From Azolla caroliniana (Eukaryota; Plantae; Polypodiophyta), in contig JBHGNT010000014.1 in NCBI GenBank assembly GCA_043228905.1, positions 8,742,001 through 8,806,000 on the forward strand: a stretch of 64,000 bases of DNA, in the 5' to 3' direction. The translations under genes were made by a program, and so were the position numbers. This document shows positions 34,918 through 46,076 of this stretch, in pieces (positions within the stretch are counted from its first letter, which is position 1; every line of letters begins with the position of its first letter). The notes below the pieces were generated by a model, which was not told the origin of the DNA, ran no database searches, and saw only the letters and a program-made list of their open reading frames with translations.

Positions 34918-37900
34918 AGACTCTTTATTTCTCAAAGCAACAATACAACATCCACCCTCACAAAGAGGTTATAAGGTCACTATATATAGTGACTGACTTA
35001 GGGCAACTACCCTTTATGCTAATTACATAAATGGCCAAAACGAGATAGTGTGAATACGTCCATTATACACATGTATTCGACACTCCCCCGTAATGGGCGT
35101 ATACATGGGTTATCTAAGATTACAGGTATAGACTTGGGTTCTCGGACATATCAGCTTTGTTCGAGTCGGCAGGGTCCGAAGGCAGAAGACCGAACTGGTC
35201 GGGTCGGAACAGTTGAAGCCGATCATTACGGAACTGATGTCGGTTGTCGGGAACCATCCTGCTCTGTGTCCGGCTCTAACCGGACTGGTTTGTCGTTACA
35301 CCCATCTGATGCCGAAGAGACCGAAAACGGTCTGCCGAAAGACACTTGGTCATTCCATCTGCGACATTGTCGGTTGTGGATATTTTCTCTAGACCGATTT
35401 TCCCTGAAATGACGCAGTCCCGAACGAAGTGATATCGAACGTCGATATGCTTGGAGGCGTTGTGGTGAACCGGATTTTTCGACAAGGCAACAGCACCTTG
35501 ACTGTCGCTGTAGACAACTGGAGCCGAGTCATGGTCGACTTGTCGAAACGTGTGCGCCAGCCGACCGAGCCACAAAGCTTCTTTTGCTGCGTCGGACGCA
35601 GCTACATATTCTGCTTCGGTCGTTGAGGTCGCTGTGCATTCCTGAAGTTTCGACTTCCACGAGATTGCTCCATTGCCGAATTTGAAGCAGTATCCGGTTG
35701 TTGATTTCCGACTGTCTATACAGCCGGCGAAGTCCGAGTCGGTGTAACCGACTACGCCTGAGGTTCGGTTCGGACCGAAAAGAATGCCGTGGTCTTTTGT
35801 GCCAGCCAGATATCTGAACACATGCTTGACTGCGTTCCAATGCGATCGGCCAGGATTGTGCATAAATCTGCTAACGACTCCTACGGCGTGAGAAATATCA
35901 GGCCGTGTCGCGACCATCAGGTACATAAGGGAGCCGACTGCCGGTGCATACGGTACCGACTTCATATCTTCCCCCTCCGGACCGGATGTCGGGCAGTCTC
36001 GCTGAGATAGCCGAAGATTCATTGGGAGCGGGGTTGAAGCAGATTTGGCTGATTGCATGTTGAAGCGTTCTAAGACACGTCGGATATAGTCGGTCTGAGA
36101 CAAAAAAAGATGTCGTTTATCGCGATGCCGACTAATCTTCATGCCAAGGATGTGTCGCGCCGGACCGAGGTCCTTCATGGCAAACTTCAACCGCAGTTGC
36201 CGAACGAGATCGGCAAGTTCGCCCGCGTGGCGTCCAGAAAGTAGCATGTCGTCCACGTAAATGATGAGGAAGATGGGTGATCCATCTTGAGCTGTGTTGG
36301 TGAAAAGACAATGGTCCTCATCGCTTTTGGAGAAGCCGATCGATTGGATGAAGTCGTCGAACTTCTTGTACCATTGTCGCGGTGCCTGTTTGAGGCCGTA
36401 TAGACTCTTCCTGAGTCGGCAGACTAGATGTTCTTGGCCAGTTGCCACGAAGCCTTTTGGCTGCTCCATATAAATTTCCTCTTCAAGATCACCATGGAGG
36501 AATGCTGTTTTGACATCTAGCTGGATCAGCTCCAGGTTGTCGACTGCCACGACGCCGAGTAGAAAACGAAGGGTTGTCATTTTCACCACTGGTGAAAAGA
36601 TCTCGTCGAAGTCGACGCCATATTCTTGTCGGAAGCCCTTCGCAACTAATCTGGCCTTGTACTTTGGGGTGGTCGAATCAGACGTCTCTTTTAGTCGATA
36701 AACCCACTTGCAAGGAAGAGCACGTCGGTTCCTAGGTAATTCGACCAGATCCCAAGTCTTGTTTGCCCGGATGGAGTGCATTTCCGACTCCATCGCCAGA
36801 TGCCAGGTGGCGGAATCGACAGATGTCGATGCTTCTTCGTAAGACGTCGGTTCTCCGGCGTCGGTGAAGAAAATTCCAGGAGAATACCTCTCCGGAGGTT
36901 GCGACAGTCTCTCGGATCGTCGAGGTATGATTGGACTGGTCGCATCGGGTATCGAGGTCGGATGGTCCGAAAGCGGATTGTCCTGCTGTGCCGAGTCGGG
37001 GTTGTCCGAGTCGGTAGCGTAAGGTTCAGCTACCCGTGAAGCTGACCGTGTGTTAAGAGCGGGGCCTTCTTGAAGGGTCGGTACATCGGAAAATGTTACC
37101 CTTCGGACTTCGGTCGGTGTTTCGACTGATGGAGTCATAGCCGACTCGTTGAACACAACGTCCGAACTTCGAACGATTTGTCTGCGTTCGGGGTCCCAGA
37201 GTCGGTATCCCATTTCGCCGTCTGATCCATATCCAAGGAAAATGCATTTCCTGGACCGAGGTGCAAGTTTTCGGCGATCGTCTTTCGGAATAAGGGCGTA
37301 CGCCTCGCATCCGAAGATCCTCAGCTTGTCGTAATTCGGCTTGCTGCCGATCCATAGTTCCTGAGGAATTTGAAGTCCTAGAGGTCTACTTGGCGACATG
37401 TTGATTATGTGTACTGCCGTGAGTAGAGCCTCTGCCCAGAAGCCATCCGACAGTCCGGAGTGTTGGAGCATGGAAACTATCCGTTCTTGGATTGTCCGAT
37501 TCATGCGTTCGGCAATCCCGTTTTGCTCCAGACTGTGTGGTGCCGTATATTCACGTCGGATGCCGCGGTGTCGGCAGAATTTGACGAATTCTTCAGATTT
37601 GAACTCTCCCCCATTGTCTGTCCGAAAGCATTTCAGCTTTCGGTCGGTTTGATTTTCTACCATAGCGAGCCAATCGGTGAAGATCGAGAAGACCCGATCT
37701 TTGGTGCGAATTGGATAAGCCCACACCTTTCGAGTCGAATCGTCAATAAAAGTGACGAAGTAAGAGGCACCGCCAAGAGACTGATGCGGCATTGGGCCAC
37801 AGACGTCCGAGTGGACTAAATCGAGAGGTCTCGTTTCTCTTGGTGCTGATGTCGGGTGTGATGCGGCTACTTGTTTGCCATACTGGCAATGCTCGCAGAA

Positions 37901-39948
37901 TTGATGGTCGGAGAAGGAGAGTTTGGGGATGTATCCGGCTCTGGATAGATGCGTGATGCCGGCCTTGCTGAGGTGTCCTAATCTTCTGTGCCATAGTGAT
38001 GACACAGGAATATCCACCAAGAACAGGTTACCCTCTCTGAGCGTAACATGTAAGGGATACAATGAGTGTATCTTGGGTCCTCTAGCAAGCAGGAGGTTCC
38101 CCCTGTGGAGTGTCCACCCTCCCGAAGAGAAACCGGCACGAATGCCGTCTTCATCTAGTTGTCCGACTGAGATCAATGGCCTTGAGAGCTCGGGTACATG
38201 TCGGACATTGTGGAGTACAAGTGTTGAGCCACCGGCAAGGTTGAGCTCTACTGTGCCGATTCCGATGATGTCACAGTGTTGCGAGTTACCGACTCGAACT
38301 GAGTCGGAGTGACGGATCGTATATTGCCGAAATTGGGATCGATGAGGAGTCACGTGAAATGACGCGCCCGAATCCAAGAGCCATGTGCTCGATTCTTCAG
38401 TCGTGAGCAGAACTTCTGATCCGACTGGATTTTCGATTGATAGTATATTCGGGTCGTCCGGTAGTACATCAGCTGAGAAGCTGACGTAATTGATCTCCTC
38501 ATGCCGGCCACTCTTCTTGTTGTTTTTGTTCTTGAGTGCGCGGCAGTCGGCTTTGATGTGTCCGGGTTTCTTGCAATAGTTGCAGATTCGGTTATCCCGT
38601 GACTGGCTCCGTCTTCGCTGATTGTTCGGCGGTTGTGAGGAATCTCTTCCTCGTATGTTCGATCGGTCTGTCGAACCTTGTACTATATAAGCGTCGTCTG
38701 TTGAGTCTTTGGCGAAAGACTTTCTACGAGCTGCTTCGGTCAGGATTGCGCTCGTGACTTCGGAGTATTTAACAGCCGTGGTTGACGCGTTGCACACGGT
38801 TGTGACGAAAGTTTCCCATGATGAGGGAAGGCTGCTCATGAGTATCATTGCTCTGAGCTCATCCTCGATTGCCGTCCCCTGTGACGAGATTTGGGAGCTT
38901 ATGCTTTCGTACTCATTGAGGTGTGCTTGAACCGAGTCGGATTCTTTCATCCGCAAGTTGTAGAGGCGCCGGATCAGAAACATCTTTGTTGCGGCGACCT
39001 TCTTTTCGTAAGTGTCCGACAGTGTTTTCCATAGTTCGAATGCTGTCGTACACGATTGCACCGTAAAATATACCGATTCCGATAGGTGCATCCGAATCGT
39101 GGCGCGGACGATTCTGTCCAGCTTCTGCCACTCGATTGGTTTGTATCCTTCTGGAGGTTCTTCATTTTCGATGGGATCGATTTGCCCCTTGACTATGAGA
39201 TAGTCCTGCATTTGCTCCTTCCAGAAGTTGAAGTTCGATCCATCGAACTTTCGTAGACTCATTTCTGACGAGCCGGATGTTGATGCCATCAAGTTCGGTT
39301 TCGGTTGACGAAGCTCGGTTCGGAGTTGACTACGAGCCTTGTTGGAGTGCAGCCGGTTGGCTCACCCGATATCGCTCTAGTCGGATTTGAACCCGAGTCG
39401 GTTCGGCTTCGGAACTTGCTCGAATTGACTCCGGTAGCTTGAGGGACAGAACCGACTGGTCTTCCCGAATGATGCCGAGTCGGAGTGAGCCTGGTTCGCT
39501 TCGGATATATATGCCGAATACCGATTATTGAAACCGATTATCTGGACCGATTCGGCTTCGGGTGACTGCAGCGACGAGAGAGACGGATCCGACTGATCCT
39601 CCCGAATGTCGATCAGCCAGATGAAGCGCGAATTTGGGTTATTGTCAAAGTTGCACAAGGGGATTTCACCTCGAGCGGTTACGATCACAAGGAACAGAGT
39701 ACAACCTGATGGCTTACTCCAAGCAAGATGATCTAACGCGATGAGATGCAAACCTGGTTTCTCTTCTTCTTCTCTCTTCTTCGAATGACGCAGGAAACCG
39801 AATGCAGAGACGACGGCCGACAGCGGATTGAAGGACCGACTACTGTGCAGGCTCTGATACCAGATGTTGGGGAGAATGTCGTCTCTGCGGAAGATCAAGA
39901 AGCACTCGATTCCTGTTTGTCCCTGCGTATGACAGATTGTATGTCGTT

Positions 39949-39997
<49 letters not shown>

Positions 39998-40162
39998 AGA
40001 CTCTTTATTTCTCAAAGCAACAATACAACATCCACCCTCACAAAGAGGTTATAAGGTCACTATATATAGTGACTGACTTAGGGCAACTACCCTTTATGCT
40101 AATTACATAAATGGCCAAAACGAGATAGTGTGAATACGTCCATTATACACATGTATTCGACA
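34775..40162 (-). mobile_element. Intact, very young Ty1/copia element F (LTRs 34775-35082 and 39865-40162)
   Basis: LTRs are identical by eye except for 10 bp of (GA)n. TSD CAAGC, iMet PBS 39851-39862, PPT 35083-35090. Confidence 0.98.
35276..39289 (-). CDS. Ty1/copia Gag-Pol polyprotein (TNT1/Tork-like), 1337 aa, uninterrupted
   Basis: CNYCKKPGHIKADC, WLLDSGASFH, WHRRLGH...CEHC, VHSDVCGP...RTDNGGEF...AERMNRT, QLDVKTAFLHG, IYVDDML, YTDSDFAG. First ATG at 39289 (39292 is TTG). Confidence 0.96.
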   Translation of the reverse strand: MASTSGSSEMSLRKFDGSNFNFWKEQMQDYLIVKGQIDPIENEEPPEGYKPIEWQKLDRIVRATIRMHLSESVYFTVQSCTTAFELWKTLSDTYEKKVAATKMFLIRRLYNLRMKESDSVQAHLNEYESISSQISSQGTAIEDELRAMILMSSLPSSWETFVTTVCNASTTAVKYSEVTSAILTEAARRKSFAKDSTDDAYIVQGSTDRSNIRGRDSSQPPNNQRRRSQSRDNRICNYCKKPGHIKADCRALKNKNNKKSGRHEEINYVSFSADVLPDDPNILSIENPVGSEVLLTTEESSTWLLDSGASFHVTPHRSQFRQYTIRHSDSVRVGNSQHCDIIGIGTVELNLAGGSTLVLHNVRHVPELSRPLISVGQLDEDGIRAGFSSGGWTLHRGNLLLARGPKIHSLYPLHVTLREGNLFLVDIPVSSLWHRRLGHLSKAGITHLSRAGYIPKLSFSDHQFCEHCQYGKQVAASHPTSAPRETRPLDLVHSDVCGPMPHQSLGGASYFVTFIDDSTRKVWAYPIRTKDRVFSIFTDWLAMVENQTDRKLKCFRTDNGGEFKSEEFVKFCRHRGIRREYTAPHSLEQNGIAERMNRTIQERIVSMLQHSGLSDGFWAEALLTAVHIINMSPSRPLGLQIPQELWIGSKPNYDKLRIFGCEAYALIPKDDRRKLAPRSRKCIFLGYGSDGEMGYRLWDPERRQIVRSSDVVFNESAMTPSVETPTEVRRVTFSDVPTLQEGPALNTRSASRVAEPYATDSDNPDSAQQDNPLSDHPTSIPDATSPIIPRRSERLSQPPERYSPGIFFTDAGEPTSYEEASTSVDSATWHLAMESEMHSIRANKTWDLVELPRNRRALPCKWVYRLKETSDSTTPKYKARLVAKGFRQEYGVDFDEIFSPVVKMTTLRFLLGVVAVDNLELIQLDVKTAFLHGDLEEEIYMEQPKGFVATGQEHLVCRLRKSLYGLKQAPRQWYKKFDDFIQSIGFSKSDEDHCLFTNTAQDGSPIFLIIYVDDMLLSGRHAGELADLVRQLRLKFAMKDLGPARHILGMKISRHRDKRHLFLSQTDYIRRVLERFNMQSAKSASTPLPMNLRLSQRDCPTSGPEGEDMKSVPYAPAVGSLMYLMVATRPDISHAVGVVSRFMHNPGRSHWNAVKHVFRYLAGTKDHGILFGPNRTSGVVGYTDSDFAGCIDSRKSTTGYCFKFGNGAISWKSKLQECTATSTTEAEYVAASDAAKEALWLGRLAHTFRQVDHDSAPVVYSDSQGAVALSKNPVHHNASKHIDVRYHFVRDCVISGKIGLEKISTTDNVADGMTKCLSADRFRSLRHQMGVTTNQSG

Positions 40163-41920
40163 CAAGCAGAGGCCGAAGAATGGTACGACGGTACCATGGG
40201 AGAGGGTGTGGAGTGAGACGCCCTCTCGACTTGCAGAGAAAGACCGGCCGAGGAGGAGGTCGGGAGCGGAGAAGAGCCCTCCACGCGGGTTTCGGAGACT
40301 CCGGCAGTCGAGCCCGTGTGCCGACATAAGACCGGAGAGATGGAAGGCGCTAGCGAGGAGTCCTAGCACGATGCCAGCGAAGATCAATGGGAAACGGCTT
40401 GCGAGGAGGTCGAGGACGGAGCCACGGCAGAGAAAGAGGAAATGAGAGCCGGCGCCGAGGGGAGCGGAATCGGAAGTCGACCCGAGCGGGGATCGAACTG
40501 GTCGGCATTCCGATTCAGTTGGAGCACGATCCGGATGTGGATCATTCGACCGAAATCGGCCCGAGACACGGAAGACAAGGGAGAGGCAGTAGAGCCAATC
40601 GACAAGGCCTAGGTTTGGTATGAAGGTGCCGATACAGGAGAGGGTGCGGGACGAGCCGCCCTCTTTTACATGGGGAGAAAGACCGACCGACGGAAGGTCG
40701 GGAATCGGGAAGAAGATGATCGAGGGTACAGAACAAGTCCGACGGGATCGGCATCAGAGCTGAAACTCCAAACATTGGAGAATCAAGCCCAGGCGGGGCT
40801 TGATCGATCATAAAGCGGATGCTTTCCACCGACACCACTAAAAGGGTTGGTGGCCTTGGACGATTCGTTGGAAGTCGTTTCGGAATCGGTATCCCCCACA
40901 TCTCATCCGGAGACTCCGGCAGCCGACGTGAGACCTAGAGAGATGGGAGATGGAGGTGGGAGCATGACAAGGAGGTCGACGACAAGTTCGAGAGAAATAC
41001 ATCAGAAGCAGAGGAACGGAACGAAGACCGGTCCTATGGGTCACCTCACACCAGGCTAGAGACTTCGGCGGTCAGCATCGGATCCGACATAAGACTAAGA
41101 TACTGACGGTGGTGGCAGGAGAACGAGACCGGCAATGCAGAGTGACAGACGGACCTGGATGAGAACCGGGTGGAGCGGACTTTCGGATAACCGATCCGGA
41201 AGGGTGGAGGAAGCATGCCTATGGAGAGGCTGGGAACACGATACATCAGTACCACGGGAGAGGGTGTGGACCAAGCCACCCTCTCGGCATGCAGAGAAGG
41301 ACGACCTAGGAAGACAAATCAGGGGCCTGAGGAGGATCCTTCACACTGGATCTAGAAACTTTGGCGGTCAGCAACAAGGTCGACGTAAGACCAAGATACT
41401 GACGGTGGCGGCGAGGGGATGAGGGAAAAAATGGCAAAGGGGAGTTCCCACGGAGACACTCACACCGATCGGGAGACTCTGGCAGCCGGCTAACGAGAGC
41501 CGGCGTGAGACCTAGAGTGAAGGACGGTGGCGGCAGGAGAACATGATCAGACGACGGGAAGAGAGAACGAGGGGGCATGGCGGTATCAAGACAGTGAGGC
41601 GGCCACTAACCGAAACCGGGACTTCCGATAAGAAACAAAGGGAAAGTCGGGAACCGACCCGGCCGGAAGACAACACGGAAGACGGAAGGAGAGAAAGGAA
41701 GATGGTCCTATGGGATCCTCACACCGATCCGGAGACACCGGCAGTTCAATCTGACATGGCAACGTGAGACCGAGTGAGAAGGATGGTGGCGACAGGAAAC
41801 GGGACCCGACAATGCAGAGTGACAGGTGAGCCCGGATGAGAACCGGGGAAGCGGACTTTCGAATAACCGATCCAGAAGGGTAGAGGAAGCAGGCCTACGA
41901 AGAGGCTACGAACACAGTAT

Positions 41921-42587
41921 TGTTGGTAGACAGGTCCCTCCGGATGGGAAGGGAGAAGAACAGTGCCGACGAACAAACTCGGCCGAGGATGGGGAGAACC
42001 CGACTTCGGAGAGTCGGATGGTGTAGGCCCGGTATGAACCGGATGAGGAGTACCCGACTGCGGAGAGTCGGATGGTGTAGGCCCGGTATGAACCGGATGA
42101 GGAGTACCCGACTGCGGAGAGCCGGATGGAGCCCATCGAGGCTACATTTGTAAATAGCCGAAAAGTCATATTAGTATAAATATGACTTAGGGCAAACTTT
42201 TAGTTTTTTTGGAGTAGTTGTTGTCGTTTTTTTTTATCATTCTTTCTTGTTGGTGCAAGAAGAAATCAGAGCGTGCAACTGTACAGAGAGACAGAGAGAG
42301 AGAGAGAGAGACGAGGTCGTTGCCTCTGTTGTAACCGCCGCCTGTGGCGAAGATCCGAGAGACGAGGTCGTTGCCTCAGTGATCTCACTGTTGTATATTT
42401 CTACATAGTGACAGTTTGCAGCTTGTGGGCTGCCGTGGTTTTTCCCCTATTTTGGGGTTTTCCACGTATACCTCCTGTGTACCATTTCTCCTCTTTTGTG
42501 TCGCGTTTCATTACCTGTTTTTCTGTGTATGTAAAGAATCTCGGTTGTGGCCGAGCGTTGGACATAAGGAACGTCGAGTTCTCAACA
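41921..42587 (+). mobile_element. Solo LTR of the copia D family
   Basis: Homologous to 9544-10200, ends TGTTG...CAACA, TSD AGTAT on both sides, 54-bp internal repeat x ~2.5-3. Confidence 0.93.
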
Positions 42588-43769
42588 AGTATGGAGGTAC
42601 CACGGGAGAGGGTGTGGAGCGAGCCACCCTCTTGACATGCAGAGAATGACGACCCGGGATAGGGTCGGGAAAGACGAGAGGCCCAAGGAGGATCCTTCAC
42701 ACCGGGCTAGAGACTTTGGTAGTCGGCATTGGAGCCGATGTAAGATCAAGAGACTGACGGTGGCAGTAGGTGAGCGGGATCTAGCAGAAGGGCCGAAAGG
42801 GAGCAGAAGGAGGTGTCAGGCCGGCGACGCGGCGACGAACTGGATACGGACCATGTCGGCAGGGTCAGAAGGACGAAGATCGAATGCGCTTGGTACACGA
42901 GTCGGTTGCCTAATGGATCGGAGGCCCGAGAAGGATCCTCCACACCCGCTTCGGAGATCTTGGCGGCTCAGTCGGAGTGGCAACAACTGGCGTGGCAAGC
43001 CAAATCCGAGGTAACAAGCTGGTGGGGGCAAGGGGACGACACCAAGCGGAAGTCTTTGAACCGGTGGCAACAACGCAAGACGAAAGTGGCCAAGCGGGCT
43101 ACTATGGGGTGTTCCTCGGACACGGAGGACATCGGTATGCGGAGAAGTAGTGATGCACGATCTGGCTAGGTGAGGGCCGACGACGCGTGCATGGGAAGTA
43201 ACCAGAGTTCGGCATGGGCGGTGCCAAACACGGGAAGGGGATGTGCGGCACACGGAGGTGCCGGAGCGGGAATACCGACGCGACGATGGGTTGCCGGTCC
43301 AGGTGATCTCTCGTAGAAGGCCGGAGAGGGATCCTCCACACTGGTTCCGGAGACCTTGCAGTTCGGTCGTCGTGGCAACGTAAGACCAAGGAGAAGGTAG
43401 GTGGCGGCAAGGGGATGAAGGCGATGGAGATCAGCACGGAAAGACAATCGGGACGACGCGAAGGTCGACGGAGGCCAAGCGGGCCATCACGGGTGCTCCT
43501 CGGACGAAGGACACTGCGTATCCGAAGGAACGAGAAGCGTGCATGTGGTCAAAAGAAGGGCCAACGGGGAAACACGCGCACTATGGGATCGCAGTGGATG
43601 ACCTATCGACGGGTCGAACGAGCCTACGGAGAGGCAAGCATGGAGAAGGAACCGGAGCCAACGGTTCGGACCGGCAAGATCAACACGGCAGCCAGAATGT
43701 GGATTACGGAAGACCGGTTCCTCACCAGCCGGACTCTCTCACCCTTCTCCGAACTTGGCACGTACCGAG

Positions 43770-44520
43770 ATCCATTCCGGACAATTGGGAGACACTTGTT
43801 GTCACACTGAAACTTGCCGGATCGAAAGGGAAGCACTTATCCCTAGAGAAGGTGAAGTCGAGCTTGCTGAACGAGGAAGGTTGTCGGAAGGATAAAGAGG
43901 CAATTTCCGACCCAAAGCCCTTATTCATGGAAGGTGATATGAATCAGGGAAGAGGCTGGAATCAGAGTCCCCAGAACCGAGCAAAGTCGGGGACGAGGTC
44001 GAACTCAAGGGGAAGGCCAACATGCTTCTATTGTGGGAAGCCCAGGCACTTCCAAAAGAATTGTCGACACTTCCAAAAAGAGAAAGGGGAAGTTGTCAGT
44101 GCAGATCCAAAGAAGAATCCAGATAGGAAAGGCACGTCAGCAATCGCAACAAGTGAAGAGGAACTATTGCTCATCAGTGAGCAAAACGAACTAAATCTTG
44201 TCAATAATGAATCGACATGGGTGTCGATTTAGGTGCATCATTTCATCTGACCCCTAACCGGAAGTGTTTTTCATCGTACAAGGCAAAAGACCACGGTCTT
44301 GTAAAGATGGGAAATGAAGGAGCATGCTGAATTGTCAACATAGGAGATGTGTGTCTGGTGACATCAATCGGGTGCCGACTAGTGTTGAAGGATGTCTGCC
44401 ACGTTTCGAAAGTCAGATTGAATCGGATATCAGCCGATCGGCTGGATCATGAAGGCTACATGGGTAGGATCAGGAATAGTGTCATGAAATTCTAAAAGGG
44501 AGCCTGATTGTGGCTCAAGC
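43770..44520 (+). pseudogene. Copia D-family gag/protease fragment without LTR
   Basis: WETLVVTL...LSLEKVKSSLLNEE...CFYCGKPRHFQKNC...ATSEEELLLISE, homologous to 10680-11450. Confidence 0.88.
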
Positions 44521-45501
44521 CCTATGGCCCTATCAAGGCCACCCGCACATTTATTATCCGATCGACGGCCATGGGATCACATCCTCTCATCTTCAGACTC
44601 CTATGTTTCCCCCCTTCACGTCGGGTTCACCAAAGATGTCGTGGTTTTCCATGGTTATGTGTTGGAACGGGCGGGACTACTGAGGTCTCAAACCGAGGAT
44701 CCGGTGAGGGAAGAAAGGTTGTCCGAATTCTTTTCGGGCAACTTCAGCGGACCGATTTTCGGACACGTATTCGATTTGGATCAATCCCCGGATGCAGGAC
44801 GATGAGTGCACGGGCTCAGAGACGTATACTATTCTGGAACCGGCTGCCAGAAAGCAGCGATGAGCTCACGGGCTCACTCACTCGGATACACAAACTCAAC
44901 AAAAATAGATCGGCGACAAGAGCACAGGGAAAACCTAAACACACAGAGAGACTCAATGAACTAATGATCAACAAAGGAACAAGAAAGCTTACAACCAAAC
45001 ACAGTCAGCAAAAGAGCTTCGAGCTCACTACACACACACACACACACACTAGCGAGCCTCCGATTGGGAGCGCACAGGCTACCAACGCGAAACAAATGCC
45101 TCACAATGTGACGACAGGAAACCGGAAGAAAAAGAATGGGAAGGAAGGCTATAAAGCTCGGTCTAGCAGCACCTCGTTCTCCAAAATCGTGGATCCCCAA
45201 AGCATTCAAAACCTCCCCTTTTATAGCACAAGGGAAGGTCGTTACATCACGCATAAAGATATCCAATTTCTGTCAGAGATCTCCCTTGATTTTCTCCCAT
45301 CAATCCCCTTTATTCCTCTCCATCTATGTGGTCTTAAAGTACCTATCAAATCTCTTCTACCTAGCATTCCTCAACACTCCACTAATACTATGTAGTTTAC
45401 ACATGTTTGTACATAAAGACGGTTTCGTGTGCATCCGTGCACACCCCCGTTTCCGCGCTCTTCAGCTCCTTTTCTCCTTGTAGCAGGAATTCCCCACGAC
45501 A
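44521..45501 (-). mobile_element. 5' end of a Trp-primed gypsy copy (LTR 44637-45501, PBS 44616-44632, short gag stub)
   Basis: TCACGTCGGGTTCACCA, then TGTCGTGG...CCACGACA. The LTR end resembles 1330-1415. Confidence 0.82.
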
Positions 45502-45942
45502 ACGGTGTTGCCAAGGCCTCGCCTACATTAAACGACAATGGATCCTTGCGTTAAAGTAGTGTCTTTGGACGAAGAAGCTCCCTTCCACGACTGAAAACCA
45601 ACAAACCGAATTCGTCTCTACAAAGCCACCCACACATCCGTCCACCCTGCTGTGAAGAAGAACCCAGAAGTCACCCAAGAACAATAAGAGGGAAATTAAT
45701 TAATTAAAGCATATTTTGACGCTATAATCCTTCCAAAAATTTGAACTCCAAATGAAAATATAATGAAGAACCCATAAATGAGCCTTCCTCCCCTCTTTTT
45801 ATAGAGAGAGGCGCCTTATTTGTATTAAATGTGTTGAGAAAACAAGTCCCTCCCGATAGGAAAAAGAGAATGAACTGAATCGAAGACTCTCCTTTCTTCT
45901 TCTTGACTCTCCCTTCGTCGGTTCTTCCCTCACCAACACAAT

Positions 45943-46035
45943 TGTAAAAAGTAACGTGCAGAAGCAAGTGTGAAGACCGAACAGGAGGAAGAAAACTCAG
46001 GTTCAATGGAGAGCTTGAGCTTACGCAGTATACGC

Positions 46036-46076
<41 letters not shown>

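Larger units (their letters stand above)
33035..43770 (+). mobile_element. Trp-primed gypsy copy I (LTR 33035-33899, PBS 33904-33920, decayed gag from ~33938, long repetitive downstream region), interrupted by F and a solo LTR
   Basis: TGTCG...CGACA LTR, perfect Trp PBS and gag GRFNGDKVPFYLEAYNADM. The sequence continues across the CAAGC and AGTAT TSDs. The right boundary is uncertain. Confidence 0.75.

Noticed and set aside
34516-35030. ORFs with poly-RE or poly-SL tracts (also the 16066-17046 tail, 39377-40054 and 45722-46081)
   Set aside because: Translations of (GA)n microsatellites inside LTRs.
44508-45395. 295-aa ORF as a novel gene
   Set aside because: It runs antisense through a PBS and LTR, has no motifs and starts at a non-ATG codon.
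45502-45880. Possible host exon on the minus strand after a pyrimidine tract and CAG
   Set aside because: The frames I translated contain stops and nothing is recognisable; it needs a BLAST search.
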